The notes beneath the pieces were generated by a model. The model saw only the letters and a list, made by a program, of their open reading frames with translations. It was not told the origin of the DNA and searched no databases. A DNA stretch of 63,442 nucleotides, filler included, from Octopus bimaculoides (Eukaryota), in NCBI RefSeq assembly GCF_001194135.2. It is 5 parts of 4 records of this genome, joined end to end, with 100 filler letters (N's around TTAATTAATTAA, not from the genome) between each part and the next. Parts side by side here need not be neighbours in the genome. Positions count along the whole stretch, not along the records: positions 26,301 to 38,755 come from NC_068987.1; positions 38,856 to 49,502 come from NC_068996.1; 3 more parts are not named here. One strand, written 5' to 3'. Within the stretch, counting starts at the first letter, position 1; the number at the start of each line of letters is the position of its first letter. Below, piece after piece: positions 35,041-47,605 of the stretch. Both the position numbers and the translations under genes were made by a program.

Positions 35041-35403
35041 TACATGTATGTTTGTATGTATGTAATGCGTGTATGTATTATGTATGTATGAATGTATATG
35101 TGCAGATTTATATGTTTTGTTTTGTGTATGTATTCTCGTGCATATACTTGTATATCTAGACATGCTCATATATACTTAAATGATAAACTACTGGAAAATT
35201 TTTACAGATTTTTACGGTTCTAGTGAGGGATTGGATCTGTCGTCTTCGAATTAGTTTCCTCCTTTCTGGTTTTGAGAAGCCTAATTTCTCAAGATTCGTA
35301 TTTAGGCGGTGTGTTACAAATCCCAGGGCCCCAATAATTACAGGTTTAAACCTGAACTTGTAATCTGGATAGAGTAACTGTATGTATGTATGTATGTATG
35401 TAT

Positions 35404-35822
35404 GATGCTATATGGAGAACTTGTGAATGGAAGGAGACTCCGGCAGAAACCAAGGCTGCGATTTAAGGACTGTGTCAAGTCTTCATTAAAGACCTGTGAT
35501 ATGCAGGACACTGACTGGGAGAACAATGCATGTCATCACCACAGATGGAGGACGCAGGTTAAGGAGGGGATCGACACTTTTGAGAGAGCACGTATCCAGC
35601 ATGAAGAACTTAAGCGAGCTGCGCGAAAGCGCACGGCTCGTACAGTGAATGGGGAAAGCTTGGTCTGCAATGTTTGCAGTCGTGTATGCTTGTCAAGAGC
35701 AGGGCTCATTAGCCACTAACGGAGCCGTAAATGCAAAATGTAAGTTAGTACTAGAGCGCACAATGTTCCTGAAGGTCGGCAATGGTCTTCCTCGGTCACG
35801 AGTGGACGGCCATCATCATCAT
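35404..35822 (+). mobile_element. RTE (BovB-like) LINE, 5'-truncated 3' end
   Basis: MLYGELVNGRRLRQKPRLRFKDCVKSSLK...W...RWR...CNVCSRVCLSRAGLISH; (CAT)n tail; inserted in (TATG)n. Confidence 0.9.
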
Positions 35823-36089
35823 GTATGTATGTATGTATGTTGTATTTATGAGACCTACATGGGGTGGATGTAAATATATTCAAGAATCTCCTGGAAAATC
35901 TATTCTTTTATACACGGTATCAATCCACGATATCAACCATGGTTACAATGAGAAAGACAAACTCTCATTCACAAAAGTCAGTTAAAGGAGAGGTGTACAA
36001 ACAATGACCATTTTAACGGTGATGCTGTTGCATGTCAGCAGCCTTTAGATTAGAACTGCTAAAAGTGTAATATACATACGTACGTACCA

Positions 36090-36444
36090 TTGTTGTTGGC
36101 ACTCTGTCGCTTACGACGTCGAGAGTTCCAGTTGATCCGATCAACAGAACAGCCTGCTCGTGAAATTAACGTGCAAGTGGCTGAGCACTCCACAGACGCG
36201 TGTACCCTTAACGTAGTTCTCGGGGATATTCAGCGTAACACAGTGTGACAAGGCTGACCCTTTGAATTACAGACACAACAGAAATAGGAAGAAAGAGTGA
36301 GAGAAAGTGATGGTGAAAGAGTACAGCAGGGTTCGCCACCATCCCCTGCCGAAGCCTCGTGGAGCTTTAGGTGTTTAAGCTCAATAAACACTCGATCCTA
36401 TGACCGCGAGTCCGCTGCCCTAACCACTGGGCCATTGCGCCTCC
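36090..36444 (-). mobile_element. SINE family C with 12-bp TSD
   Basis: tRNA-like head GGAGGCGCAATGGCCCAGTGGTTAGGG, (CAA)n tail, TSD ACGTACGTACCA at 36078-36089 and 36445-36456. Confidence 0.93.
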
Positions 36445-36632
36445 ACGTACGTACCATACATACATACATACATAGGTAAATCTGTAAACTTTCCAGAAGT
36501 TTATCGTTTAAGTATATATGAGCATGTCTAGACAAGTAATCATATGCGTGGAAATACATATACATAGATAAAATAGAACATACAAATCTGCACATATACA
36601 TACACATGTAGATACATAGCTAGATAGATAGC

Positions 36633-36678
<46 letters not shown>

Positions 36679-36729
36679 GGATGGATCGATGGGTGGATGG
36701 ATATCTGTGTATATATGAATCAACCCTAG

Positions 36730-37052
36730 TACTTATTTTCTTCCTTTTAAGCCTGGTACTTTTGCCAAACGGGGACGTAAACATATCAGCATCGGTTTAT
36801 CAACCGGTGATTTAGTACAAGCACAATCACAAAGACATGCACACACACGCACGCACGCACGCACGCACGCACGCACAAACACACACACACACATATATGA
36901 CGGGCTTCTTTCACTTTCCATCTACCAAATCCACTCACAAAGCTTTGGTCGGCACGTCACTATAGAAGTCACTTCCCTAAGGTGCCACACAGTAGGACTG
37001 AACCCGGAACTATGTGGTTTGGAAACAAGCTTCTTACCACACAGCCACGCCT
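36730..37052 (-). mobile_element. SINE family A
   Basis: Both halves, partial CpG loss. Confidence 0.8.
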
Positions 37053-37069
37053 GCTTCTGTGTGTGTGTG

Positions 37070-37123
<54 letters not shown>

Positions 37124-37384
37124 TGTATATGTATATCAATTGTATATATTCATGCATATATACATATATACACACACACACACACATACAATTTATATAG
37201 TAATGTTGTAATATAATATATACATGTATAAATACACATACACACACAAACACATACACACACACATTTATAAAACTTCAAAGTCACTCACACCCCCTCG
37301 TAAAAATTATTAAGTAATATTTCAGCTTATTATTAATTTTTTTTATATATTTAACTTGACATATAAATTACATTAAAATATATA

Positions 37385-38639
37385 CAGGGTGTGTAAGGTA
37401 TATGAGGACATACCCTTTTGGGGTCATTGCTGCATTTTTTGTTAACTTTGTATAATCTTTGTTTCAGAAAATAATAATGGCAGACCCTCAGCTTACTCAA
37501 GAAATGAAGAGGCATGCTGTTATTGTGGTTATAAAGGCTGAGCATAGTGATTTAGAAATATCTCAATTTTTAAAAGTTGCCAGATCTTTCGTCTACAAAG
37601 TTTGTAAGGAGCTAGAGACTGAAGATGGAAACATATCACCAGTATCTAAATAGCATTCTAAACGCTTTGGAATCATCAGAACACCTGAATTTATCCAGAA
37701 AGTTCAACAGACCATTGATTACAATCCAACAAAGTCCATGAGGTCAATTGCAAATGATCTCCATGTGTCAGAAGGAACAGTCAGAAATGTTGTCCATGAA
37801 GACATCAGATGTATGTCTTATATGATGTGGAAAGGTCAATTTGTCAGAAAAAAAACAAAAGAAAACCACTACATCAGATCTAAAAGGTTCTTAAACAAAC
37901 TGAAAAATCCAGCAGAAGAAGATTTGATTTGGTTTTTCTCAAACAAGAAAAACTTCGACCAAGATCAAAACTTTAAGAGAAGAAATGACAGATGGTTATG
38001 TGCAGACCCTTCTGAAGTTCCAAGTGTTATGCATACAGAATTTCCTGCAACCGTCATGGTTTTAGGGGCTGTCAGCAATGAAGGACACGTGATGTCTCCT
38101 CACTTCTTTCCATAAGGCCTTAGAGTTAACTTTGTTGCCTACGTGGAGGTCCTGGAAATAATTGTTAAGTCCTGGATAGACAGTGTATGCGATGGATGGC
38201 CATATGTGTTTCAGTAAGACTCTGTGCTATCACACATTGCTCTAGTAATACAGGAATGGATGGCTGAAAAATTTCATGATCACATAACCCCTAATATTTG
38301 GCCTCCTAATTCCCCAGATCTCAATCCATTGGACTATTACATGTGGGGCATTGTTGAGAGAGGGGTCAATGAACACACCCATAACACCAAAGATTCTTTG
38401 AAAGCTGTCATAGTCAGAGTAGTGTACAAAATGAACCAGGACCTCATGATTCGAGCATGTAGATGTTCTCATTTAGAAGCAGTTGTTGAAGCTGATGGTG
38501 GTTTTATTGAATAACATTATAGAAAAAGTTTGTTTTTATCCTCGTAGTATTTTTTGATAAATAAAGTTATCTGTTATTATATATCTGTTTTTCTTTTTTT
38601 ATAAACATAAATCTGTCCTCAAATATCTTACGCAACCTG
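37385..38639 (+). mobile_element. Near full-length maT (DD37D) transposon
   Basis: 26-bp TIRs CAGGGTGTGTAAGGTATATGAGGACA / TGTCCTCAAATATCTTACGCAACCTG; TA on the left, TG on the right. Confidence 0.93.
37477..38514 (+). pseudogene. maT transposase pseudogene
   Basis: Single frame with three stops; FFSNKKNF (first D lost) ... DSVLSH-[37 aa]-NPLDYY ... EADGGFIE*. Confidence 0.93.
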
Positions 38640-38707
38640 TGTGTACACACACATATACAACTGCATGTAACTACGTAACTACCGTATATATATATACATA
38701 CATATAT

Positions 38708-38748
<41 letters not shown>

Positions 38749-38855
38749 CTATTACNNNNNNNNNNNNNNNNNNNNNNNNNNNNNNNNNNNNNNNNNNNNT
38801 TAATTAATTAANNNNNNNNNNNNNNNNNNNNNNNNNNNNNNNNNNNNNNNNNNNN

Positions 38856-38888
<33 letters not shown>

Positions 38889-39786
38889 ATCGGCTTCTTT
38901 CAGTTTCTGTCAACCAAATCAACTCACAAAGCTTTAGTGAGCCTGAGGCTATAGTATGAGACACTTGCCCAAGGAGCCACACAGAGGGACTATCAATAAA
39001 GTATGTAATAAAATCCCAACAGAATAGAAAAAAGAACTGCAATGAGACTGATAATAAAAAAGAATAAAAGCTAGTTATCAATGGAATACAAACAAAATTC
39101 CCATAGAATACTGACTTTACATATATAGAGTGACAATATTTAAAAAAAAAAAAACACAAAATAAACAACTTTTAACTGAATCATCTCTCATATAGCCCCC
39201 CCCAAAAAATAAAGCTCAAAAACACTTATAAATAAAATTAGTTTTCTGTTTTTAAGTGGAAGGATGTGGCTTGAAGCCGGTAAGTTTTATCTTAAGTAGA
39301 ATCTGAAGCAACTGTCCTATTCTGATTCGTAGGTATGTCTGCTGTCACTTACTTTTTGTGAAATAAGGCACTATTCCTACTTGAACAAAGGAACCAGCCA
39401 GTCTACTACTAATTCCTATTTTCCATTTGAAACAGACCTGTTTTCATTCATTTATTTATTTATTGTGTGCCAAATGGCGAAAGTTTTATTATATCTAGAT
39501 GCAGATGTGGCTATGTCATAAGAAGTTTGCTGAGTTCACTTCCACTGTATGACACCTTGGGGAGGTGTCTTCTACTATAGCCTCAAGCTGACCAAAGTCT
39601 TGTGGGTGGATTTGGTAGATGGAGACTGAAAGAAGTCTGTTGCGTGTACATATGTATGTATGTATGTATGTATGCATGTATGTATGTATGCATGTATGTA
39701 TGCATGTATGTATGTATGTATGCATCTATGTAAGTATGTATGTATGTATACATGTGTGTATGTGTGTGTGTATATGTGTGTATGTA

Positions 39787-40010
39787 TCATCATCATCATC
39801 ATCATCGTTTAACGTCTGCTTTCCATGCTAGCATGGGTTGGACGATTTGACTGAGCACTGGTGGACCAGGAGGCGACACCAGGCTCCAATCTGATTTGGC
39901 AGAGTTTCTACAGCTGGATGCCCTTCCTAACGCCAACCACTCAGAGAGTGTAGTGGGTGCTTTTACGTGTCACCGGCACAAGGGCCAGTCAGGCGGTACT
40001 GGCGACGATA
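39787..40010 (-). mobile_element. Retroposon family D
   Basis: (CAT)n + CGTTTAACGTCTGCTTTCCATGC...GCCCTTCCTAACGCCAACC. Confidence 0.85.
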
Positions 40011-41574
40011 TATATATATATATATATATGGCATGGCAGTGTGGTTCAGTCCCACTGCATGGCACCTTGGGCAAGTGTCTTCTACTATAACCTTGGACTG
40101 ACCAAAGCCTTGGTAGACAGAAACTGAAAGAAGCCCGTTGTGTGTGTGTGTGTGTGTGTGCGCACATGCAAGTGTGTGTGTGCGCACATGCAAGTGTGTG
40201 TGTGTGTGCGCGCACATGCAAGTGTGTGTGAGAGAGATCGTGTGTGTCATAGTGTCTGCATTTGTTCCTCATCACTGCTTGACAACCAGTGTTGATGTAT
40301 TTATGTCTGATTCGTTTGATTAAAATTCCTCAGCATGGCCATAATCTAATGACTAAGACAAGTAAAAGATATTGAAAAAAATAAAAGAAATCTAAGAGAA
40401 ATCAACAAACCAGGTTCAAAGACTTATTCCTATTAATACCATTATGTATATTCCTTCTTATTGTTTAATCCTTTCATTACCAACCCACTGGAGACTGTTC
40501 CTAGTTCTATGATATAAACTTACTGTTATAAATTTACAAGCCACAGGCCAGCTTCTGTCAGATTGTCCAACCCAAGGAAAAGGAATGTTAGATGATGGTG
40601 ATAATGATGATGATGATGATGATGATGATGTTTTAAAATTATCTAAATTAAAATCTTCCATCAAAATTTCACAGTAGTGGGACTGAACCTGAAACCATGT
40701 GGTTGGGAAACAGGCTTCTTACCACACAGCCACACCTGTACCTCCACACAGTCATACCTGCGCCTTACTCATTATTTCCAAAATTTATTGAAACAAAGGG
40801 TAGTGTATGTCAACAGAAATCTGATAACAGAAGGATTAATCAGTCCTTGCTAACGTAACATATTGAATTCTTTAGTCAGCCAATGTTACTGCAATGTCAT
40901 CTGGTCCCTTGGTCTTTGCCAGTCATAAGTTATATTTATCATAAAACTTATGGCACACCTTGACGAAACAGGGCGTGCCATTGAAGAGGTTGCAAATAGC
41001 AACGAAAGCACTTTACCTGTCAAACAACTGATTGATTGCTTAACCAGCACATAACACAAACGATCAATTAGCTACCCAGTTAGAAATTTAACCAATTGAC
41101 TAAAGAGAAAGAAGCGATATTGAACCATGTGTTATTGATATTGGTGTAATGGTGCAACAATAATCAAAATACTTTTCCTAGATACTGTTATCGTATTTCC
41201 TCCACTACAAATTGCTGTTTCAAGACTTACACAACAAAACAGCCTGTCCTTCTCAAAATATTTTCTTCCTGCAACTCCTGTATTTCTCCTTAAAGTATAA
41301 ATCTAATCTAGCTAACCGATCTTTCGAACACACCACAAATAACATATTTTCTATTACAAATACGAGTATTTATGCTGATAACAAAATAAAAAGAAAAAAA
41401 GGAAAGGAAAAAGGAAATAAATAAAAACAGTTTACTGTTGCTGTTCTTGCTGTTAAAGCTTTCATTCTTCAGCCAATAATTTATTTCTTAGATGAGAGGG
41501 GCAAAAATTTTGATTAATGTGACAAAAAAACCATAAAAAATATATGCTGATAGGTAACCTTTCAAAGAATCATT

Positions 41575-41980
41575 CTTTTATTTTTTACGTGTTTCAACCA
41601 TTTAATTGCAGCCATGTTGGAGTACTGCCTTACAAGGTTTTTTTCAGTCAAAGAAATTGACCCCAGGATTTATTCTTTGAAAGCCTAGTACTTATTCTAT
41701 CAGTTTCTTTTGCCAAACTGCTAAGTTATGGAGACGTAAACACACCAACATCGGTTGTCAAGCGATGATGGGGAGGACAAATGCAGATACAAAAACACAC
41801 ACACACACACACACGTGTGCGCGCACACACACATACACATATGGTAGGCTTTTTTCGGTTTCCATCTACCAAATCATTTCACAAGGCTTGATTAGTAGCA
41901 GACACTTGCCCAAGGTATCACACAATAGGACTGAGCCTAGAACCATGTGGTTGAGAAGCAAGCTTCTTACCACACGGCCA
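41575..41980 (-). mobile_element. SINE family A
   Basis: Both halves with a (CA)n centre. Confidence 0.82.
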
Positions 41981-43397
41981 TTATTTTTTTTTCTTTTTCT
42001 TTTTTTCTGATAGATTTCCAGGAAAGGGTAATTAATTCTTTGACCTTCAGAAGTGGCAATGAAAATACATCCAGTGTTCTTTGCAATAATATTAATACAT
42101 TCTCACCAATTCACAAGGTCTATGTGTCTGTTGGTGTTGTTTAGATTGAGGTCAACCCCAAGCAAATAAAAATATAACAAAAGACATTCTGGTCATACTC
42201 ATTTCATCTTTGTAAATCTAGGACTATACTATTTGATATGTTTTCTTGTTTTAACCCTTTAACTGGTAAATCAGCAGTATCAGGGACATGGCTTGGTGAT
42301 TAGGGTGTTTGGCTCATGATTGTAAGGTAATGAGTCTGATACTTGGCAGCATGTTGTGTCCTTGAGCAAGAAACTTCATTTCACATTGCTCCAGTCCACT
42401 AAACTGGTAGTACTTGTATTTCAAAGGTTCAGCTTTAATACATTCTGAGTCATGTTGAATCTCCCTGAGATCTATACTAATGGTACATGTGTCTGTAGAA
42501 TACTCACCCACCTGAACATTGATTTCACAAGGATGTTGTCCCATTGATTGGATCAACTGGAACCCTTCTCGCTGTGACCAATGGAGCGAGTGGATCTGGT
42601 CCAAGTATTCTACCCATTTTATGTTAAAACCAACCAGATCTGGCCTCTCACACTCACCCTACAATGTCAGTCTAAAAACAGGTAATCACATCAAAATCTC
42701 AAAGCTATTGAGATATTGTATGATTAATTCTAAACAATGTGAATAAATAATGTTTAAGATGTAGATGTGATATGAGAAATTTGACTGCTACTTCTAGCAA
42801 GTTGAGCAATGCACCCTCACTGGCTCATGCATGGGTGTGTGTATGTGGGCATACCTGTAAGTGTATACATATTGTCTAATCAGCCTTGGAGGAAACATCT
42901 GGTGTTATTTGTTGTTTAACCCCAATCTGTCATGTTTAAGCATGCCTATGATCAAAGGAGTTCCAGTTATGACCATCATCCTATCTTTCTCTCAGACAAT
43001 ATTATCCATCTGTCATTTCCTTTTCAAGACAGTAGGGAGATTTGATTACTCCTCCTAGCTAGCGGATTGATCACAGTTCTTCCTGTTGCTGTTGTTTAAC
43101 TCCTAGCCAATCCTTATTGAGCAATGGCTATCCTGTTAATTTTGTTTTTTTTTTGTCTGAGGTATAAATGTACCCTAAACTACATGATCTAAATTATCCT
43201 TCTTAACTTTACAGCACAAAAATCACTTTAAACTTGCTAAAGTAATATTTGAAATGGTTTATATGATTGGAAATATATTTTCAAAGTGTTCATGGTGTCA
43301 TAGTGAGGATCTGATGAAAGACTTTGTAATGAAAAAAAAGCAGGTATGAGAAAACTTTTGAAATATGGACGTATACAAAAATAAATGTTATTTTCCA

Positions 43398-43610
43398 TCT
43401 TACTCTTTTACTTGTTACAGTCATTTGACTGTAGCCATGCTGGAGCACCGCCTTTAGTTGAGCAAATCAACCCCAGGACTTATTCTTTGTAAGCCTAGTA
43501 CTTATTCTATCGGTCTCTTTTGCCGAACCGCTAAGTTACGGGGACCTAAACACACCAGCATCGGGTGTCAAGCGATGTTGGGAGGGACAAACACAGACAC
43601 ACAAACATAT

Positions 43611-43659
<49 letters not shown>

Positions 43660-43826
43660 CGACGAGCTTCTTTCAGTTTCCATGTACCAAATCAACTCCC
43701 AAGGCTTTGGTCGACTTGAGGCTATAGTAGAAGACACTTGCCCAAGGTGCCACGCAGTGGGACTGAACCTGGGACCATGTGGTTCGTAAGCAAACTACTT
43801 ACCACACAACCACTCCTACGCCTATC
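43398..43826 (-). mobile_element. SINE family A, full length
   Basis: Both halves with a (CA)/(TA) centre. Confidence 0.9.
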
Positions 43827-44001
43827 TTACTTTTAGTTTTGTTTTATTTTGAAGAATAAAAATTTATTTTATGGTTTATTGTTGTTTATATTTTGAATTA
43901 CACATATATGGGTGCACCAAAATCTTTTAAGTGCTCAGGGCCTCTGTGGATCTTAATCAGGCCCTGGGAATGCAGTTCAGTTAGACTATTGTACAGCTTG
44001 A

Positions 44002-44226
44002 TATGGAGTTGGTTAGATATTGAGTTTGGCTAATTTTAGAGTTTGACTACATATTGAGTTCTGCTAGTTGGGTGTATTGTTAGTTTGCTTAGGTTTGAGT
44101 ACAGCTCGGTATGGAGTTGGTTAGATATTGAGTTTGGCTAATTTTAGAGTTTGACTACATATTGAGTTCTGCTAGTTGGGTGTATTGTTAGTTTGCTTAG
44201 GTTTGAGTACAACTAGGTATGGAGTT
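44002..44226 (+). repeat. 108-bp tandem repeat (~2.1 copies) built from 16-17-bp subunits
   Basis: TATGGAGTT recurs at 44002, 44110 and 44218; subunit GAGTTnnGCTA. Confidence 0.92.
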
Positions 44227-45176
44227 AAGTATGGAGCTTGACTAGGTGAGAAAATAGATAAGAAGTGGGGGTTGCTTGAGTATGAAGTTCAAAAAGGTTG
44301 GAATACAGTGAGATAGTAAACTTCAGCTAACTTTTACTACAGTTAATCATTGAGTTTGAATAAACTGGAGTTTAATCACATGAAATAAGGGAAGCTGATG
44401 CCAGTGTCAAATTCTGATAGTTCTGCATGCAGATAGCTGACTTTGATTCCATAATGACAGTAATGAGAGAAACTCCTTCATGAAAGGAAAGCAGGATTAT
44501 CAAAAGCATATGCCAAATTTGTTAATTATAGCTTGTTCTTAGCAACATTTCCCAGATTTAGATGCCATTGATAAAGAGTTTAAGAAAATATCGTGACTGC
44601 ATTAGCTACAGTTAAATTTATAAACTTATTGCTAATCCTGACCCTATATTCAATGCCTTTCCACATACTAACCTCATCTTTGATTGCCTGACAACAAAGA
44701 GTGGAATCTGATTAGAGGCCATTTTATATTGACAAGTATGAGATAATATACACTTGTTTGTTCATATTAAGAAGTTGTGTAAAGCTTCAGAAACTATAAC
44801 GTATTCGATTCAGTCCTAGCCAAGTTATATTTAGCATCTTAGAAGCCACCACCATTGCCGCCGCCACCGATACCATTGATGTTGTCATCATTTTTATTAA
44901 ACTTTTTCCATTTTATTTGTCATGAATTTTGACAATTTTCATTGCACCTTTTTAAATATGAGTCTTCATGCTTTTTTTTAAAAAAAGCTTATTATCAACA
45001 ATATTTTCATCCACTTCCTCATTCCTCATACTCAAAAGATATATTTGTGAATGTATGTATAAACTAGTGTGCGTGAGAGTGTGCGTGTGCATGTATCTGT
45101 GTTTGTGTGCATGCGTCTGTGTTTGTGTATGCATACATACACATACATTCTCTCTCTCCCTCTCTTTATCTCCCTT

Positions 45177-45208
<32 letters not shown>

Positions 45209-45291
45209 TCTCTCACACACATACATACATAATGAATGATGAATATAATGCCACTTCCTCCTAAAGTATTTAGAAACAGGAAATGTGTTAG

Positions 45292-45398
45292 CAATTCCCA
45301 TCCACCATATGGAGGTCAGCGGAAGGGGCCTTCACAGAAATGACACATTGCACAAACGAAGAGGAACTGAAGGGAAAATGGAGAAACAGATTTTTGAA
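45292..45398 (+). CDS. Candidate coding exon, unknown protein
   Basis: GTGTTAG| ... TTGAA|GTATGT; reads QFPSTIWRSAEGAFTEMTHCTNEEELKGKWRNRFL; richer in G+C than its flanks. Confidence 0.3.
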
Positions 45399-45440
45399 GT
45401 ATGTCAACCATCTATTATGCTTAATAAATAAATAAATGAA

Positions 45441-45475
<35 letters not shown>

Positions 45476-45735
45476 ACAAGTGAAAAGTTCTTTAAAGTAT
45501 AGAAAGGTAGAAGTGGACAGAACACAGGGTAGTGACAGTGTTATTGGGGACACATTGAAATTAGTTTCTCAAAGAGTGGAATGCCAATAAATATCAGGGT
45601 AACAACACCAACACTAAGCAGCAAGAAGGATAACTTATTGACCCCTTCAACAAGAAACACAAGTACAAGGCATAAAGTACAAAGTGCTGATGTTTTTTGC
45701 ACATGATATTTATGAAAGTTTCTGTATATAATCTA

Positions 45736-45980
45736 CAGTCATGGCTAAAAGTTTGAAACATTTTTTAAAACAAAATTGTAATGCCCAAGTATAATTTGAT
45801 TCAAATATATACAGCGTATGTAGCTGAGCATTTAATATAAAAATTCTAATTTTTCAGCCCTATGTTTCAAACTTTTGGCCAAGTAATAATATGGTATATT
45901 GCAAATTAAATATAACTTGGGGTATTTAATATAAAAATTCTAATTTTCATACATATGTTCCAAACTTTTGGCCACAACTG
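45736..45980. mobile_element. Tc1-type MITE
   Basis: TA-CAGTCATGGCTAAAAGTTTGAAACA ... TGTTCCAAACTTTTGGCCACAACTG-TA; right end internally duplicated. Confidence 0.85.
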
Positions 45981-46084
45981 TATAATCTGTATAATGTCAT
46001 TGCTGTAGTTGTTAAGCCCAAGGTGAAATTTGAATAAGCAAACCAATGATGATCAAATGCATTCCAGCCATGACCTTCTCATTA

Positions 46085-47162
46085 CATTATTCAGATCACT
46101 CAATCAAATGCAACGCTTATTTATTCACATTGTTTTCAATAGATCATACATTATTTCATAGCTTTGTTTACTTTAAGAATGACATTGTATGGTAAGTGTG
46201 AGTAGCTGGATCTGACTGGTTTGAACATAAAACGGGTAGAATAAGGCTAAAGAGATATATATATACATATGTATATATACATACATACATACATACATGT
46301 GTGTGTGTGTGTGTAAAACCCTTTAGCATTCAGATTACTCTGTCAAATGTAACGCTCGTTAATTCACATTGCTTTCAATGAATTAAGCATTATCTGACAG
46401 CTTTGAGATTTCAATAATTTGACTTTATCTTTTATCTTTTACTTGTTTCAGTCATTAGACTGTAGCCATGCTGGAGCACTGCCTTCAAGAATTTTAGTTG
46501 AATGAATTAACCCCAGTACTTATTTTTGCATTTTTTTTGTTAAAGCCTGTTACTTGACTCTTTTGCTGAACTGTTAAGTTACAAAGATGTAAATATACCA
46601 ACGTCAACTGTTAAGCAGTGGTGGGGGAAAACGCAAACACAAATACACACATACACACACACACACATGTGATGGACTTATTTCAGTTTCTGTTGATCAA
46701 ACCAACTCACAAGGCTTTGGTTGGCCTGAGGCTATAGTGAAGACACTTGCAGTGGGACTGAACCCAGAACCATGTGGTTGGGAAGCAAACTTCTTACCAC
46801 ACAGCCATGCCTGTGCCTCATACCCACACTTGATTGTTTATTCTTAGAATGATATTGTAGGATAGGCGTAAGAGGCTGGATCTGGCTGGTTTGAGTATAA
46901 AACAGGTAGAATATTTGGGTTAGATATGGCTGTTTTAAGTTTTTAACATTGAGATTATTATGCCAAATATAATGCTTATTTATTCACATTGTTTTGAATT
47001 AATTATGCATTGTCTCATAGCTTTGAGATTTCAATGAAGTGATTGTTTATTTTTAGAATGACATTGTAGGGTAGGCGTGAGAGGCTAGATCTGGTCAGTT
47101 TGAACATAAAACATGTAGAATATTTGGGCTAAACACAGTCAGTTTAAATGCTAAAATGTTAA
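46085..47162 (+). mobile_element. Cluster of three piggyBac-like MITE copies
   Basis: Terminal CCCTTTAGCATT (46319) and AATGCTAAAATG-TTAA (47162); shared body repeated three times; middle copy split by SINE A (46423-46819). Confidence 0.75.
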
Positions 47163-47605
47163 GATGATGGTGGTAGTGATGTCTGATTTGAGGCATATTT
47201 GACTACAATATCTAGTAGGTCATTTGATCATATCTATCCATGTTGTATTTGTGTTTTGTACAGTGTTTATGCTTGTAAAAGAAATGCATATAAACATTGA
47301 ATGTCTTGAGAGGTTCAAGTTCAGGCCAGTGTAACGTCTCTGGAATTCAGTAATAGTGGAGGTGGTGGTGGTGATCGTAGCAGTGGCAACGTTGCTACTG
47401 TTTTTTTTTTTATTTATTTATTTTATATCCATAATTTCTGAACAACAGTATTGCTGTTTACTTGGTTATAGATTGTAGCAGGTCAGTCACTGAATTTCTA
47501 ACAGGGAATGTAACAAAAGAGTGCCAACAGTTTTGTGTTTTCTCATAAGTGTTTGTATCATTTATCGATATACATCAATGAAGGATATACATATATATAT
47601 ATATA

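Noticed and set aside
36400-36444. tRNA-like sequences (this and other SINE heads)
   Set aside because: They continue into SINE bodies and lack a complete cloverleaf; not tRNA genes.
40950-41054. Protein-like 34-aa ORF MAHLDETGRAIEEVANSNESTLPVKQLIDCLTST
   Set aside because: Too short, in-frame stop just upstream, no splice or family evidence.
44002-44226. CRISPR-like repeat array
   Set aside because: Contiguous tandem units with no unique spacers, in a eukaryotic context.
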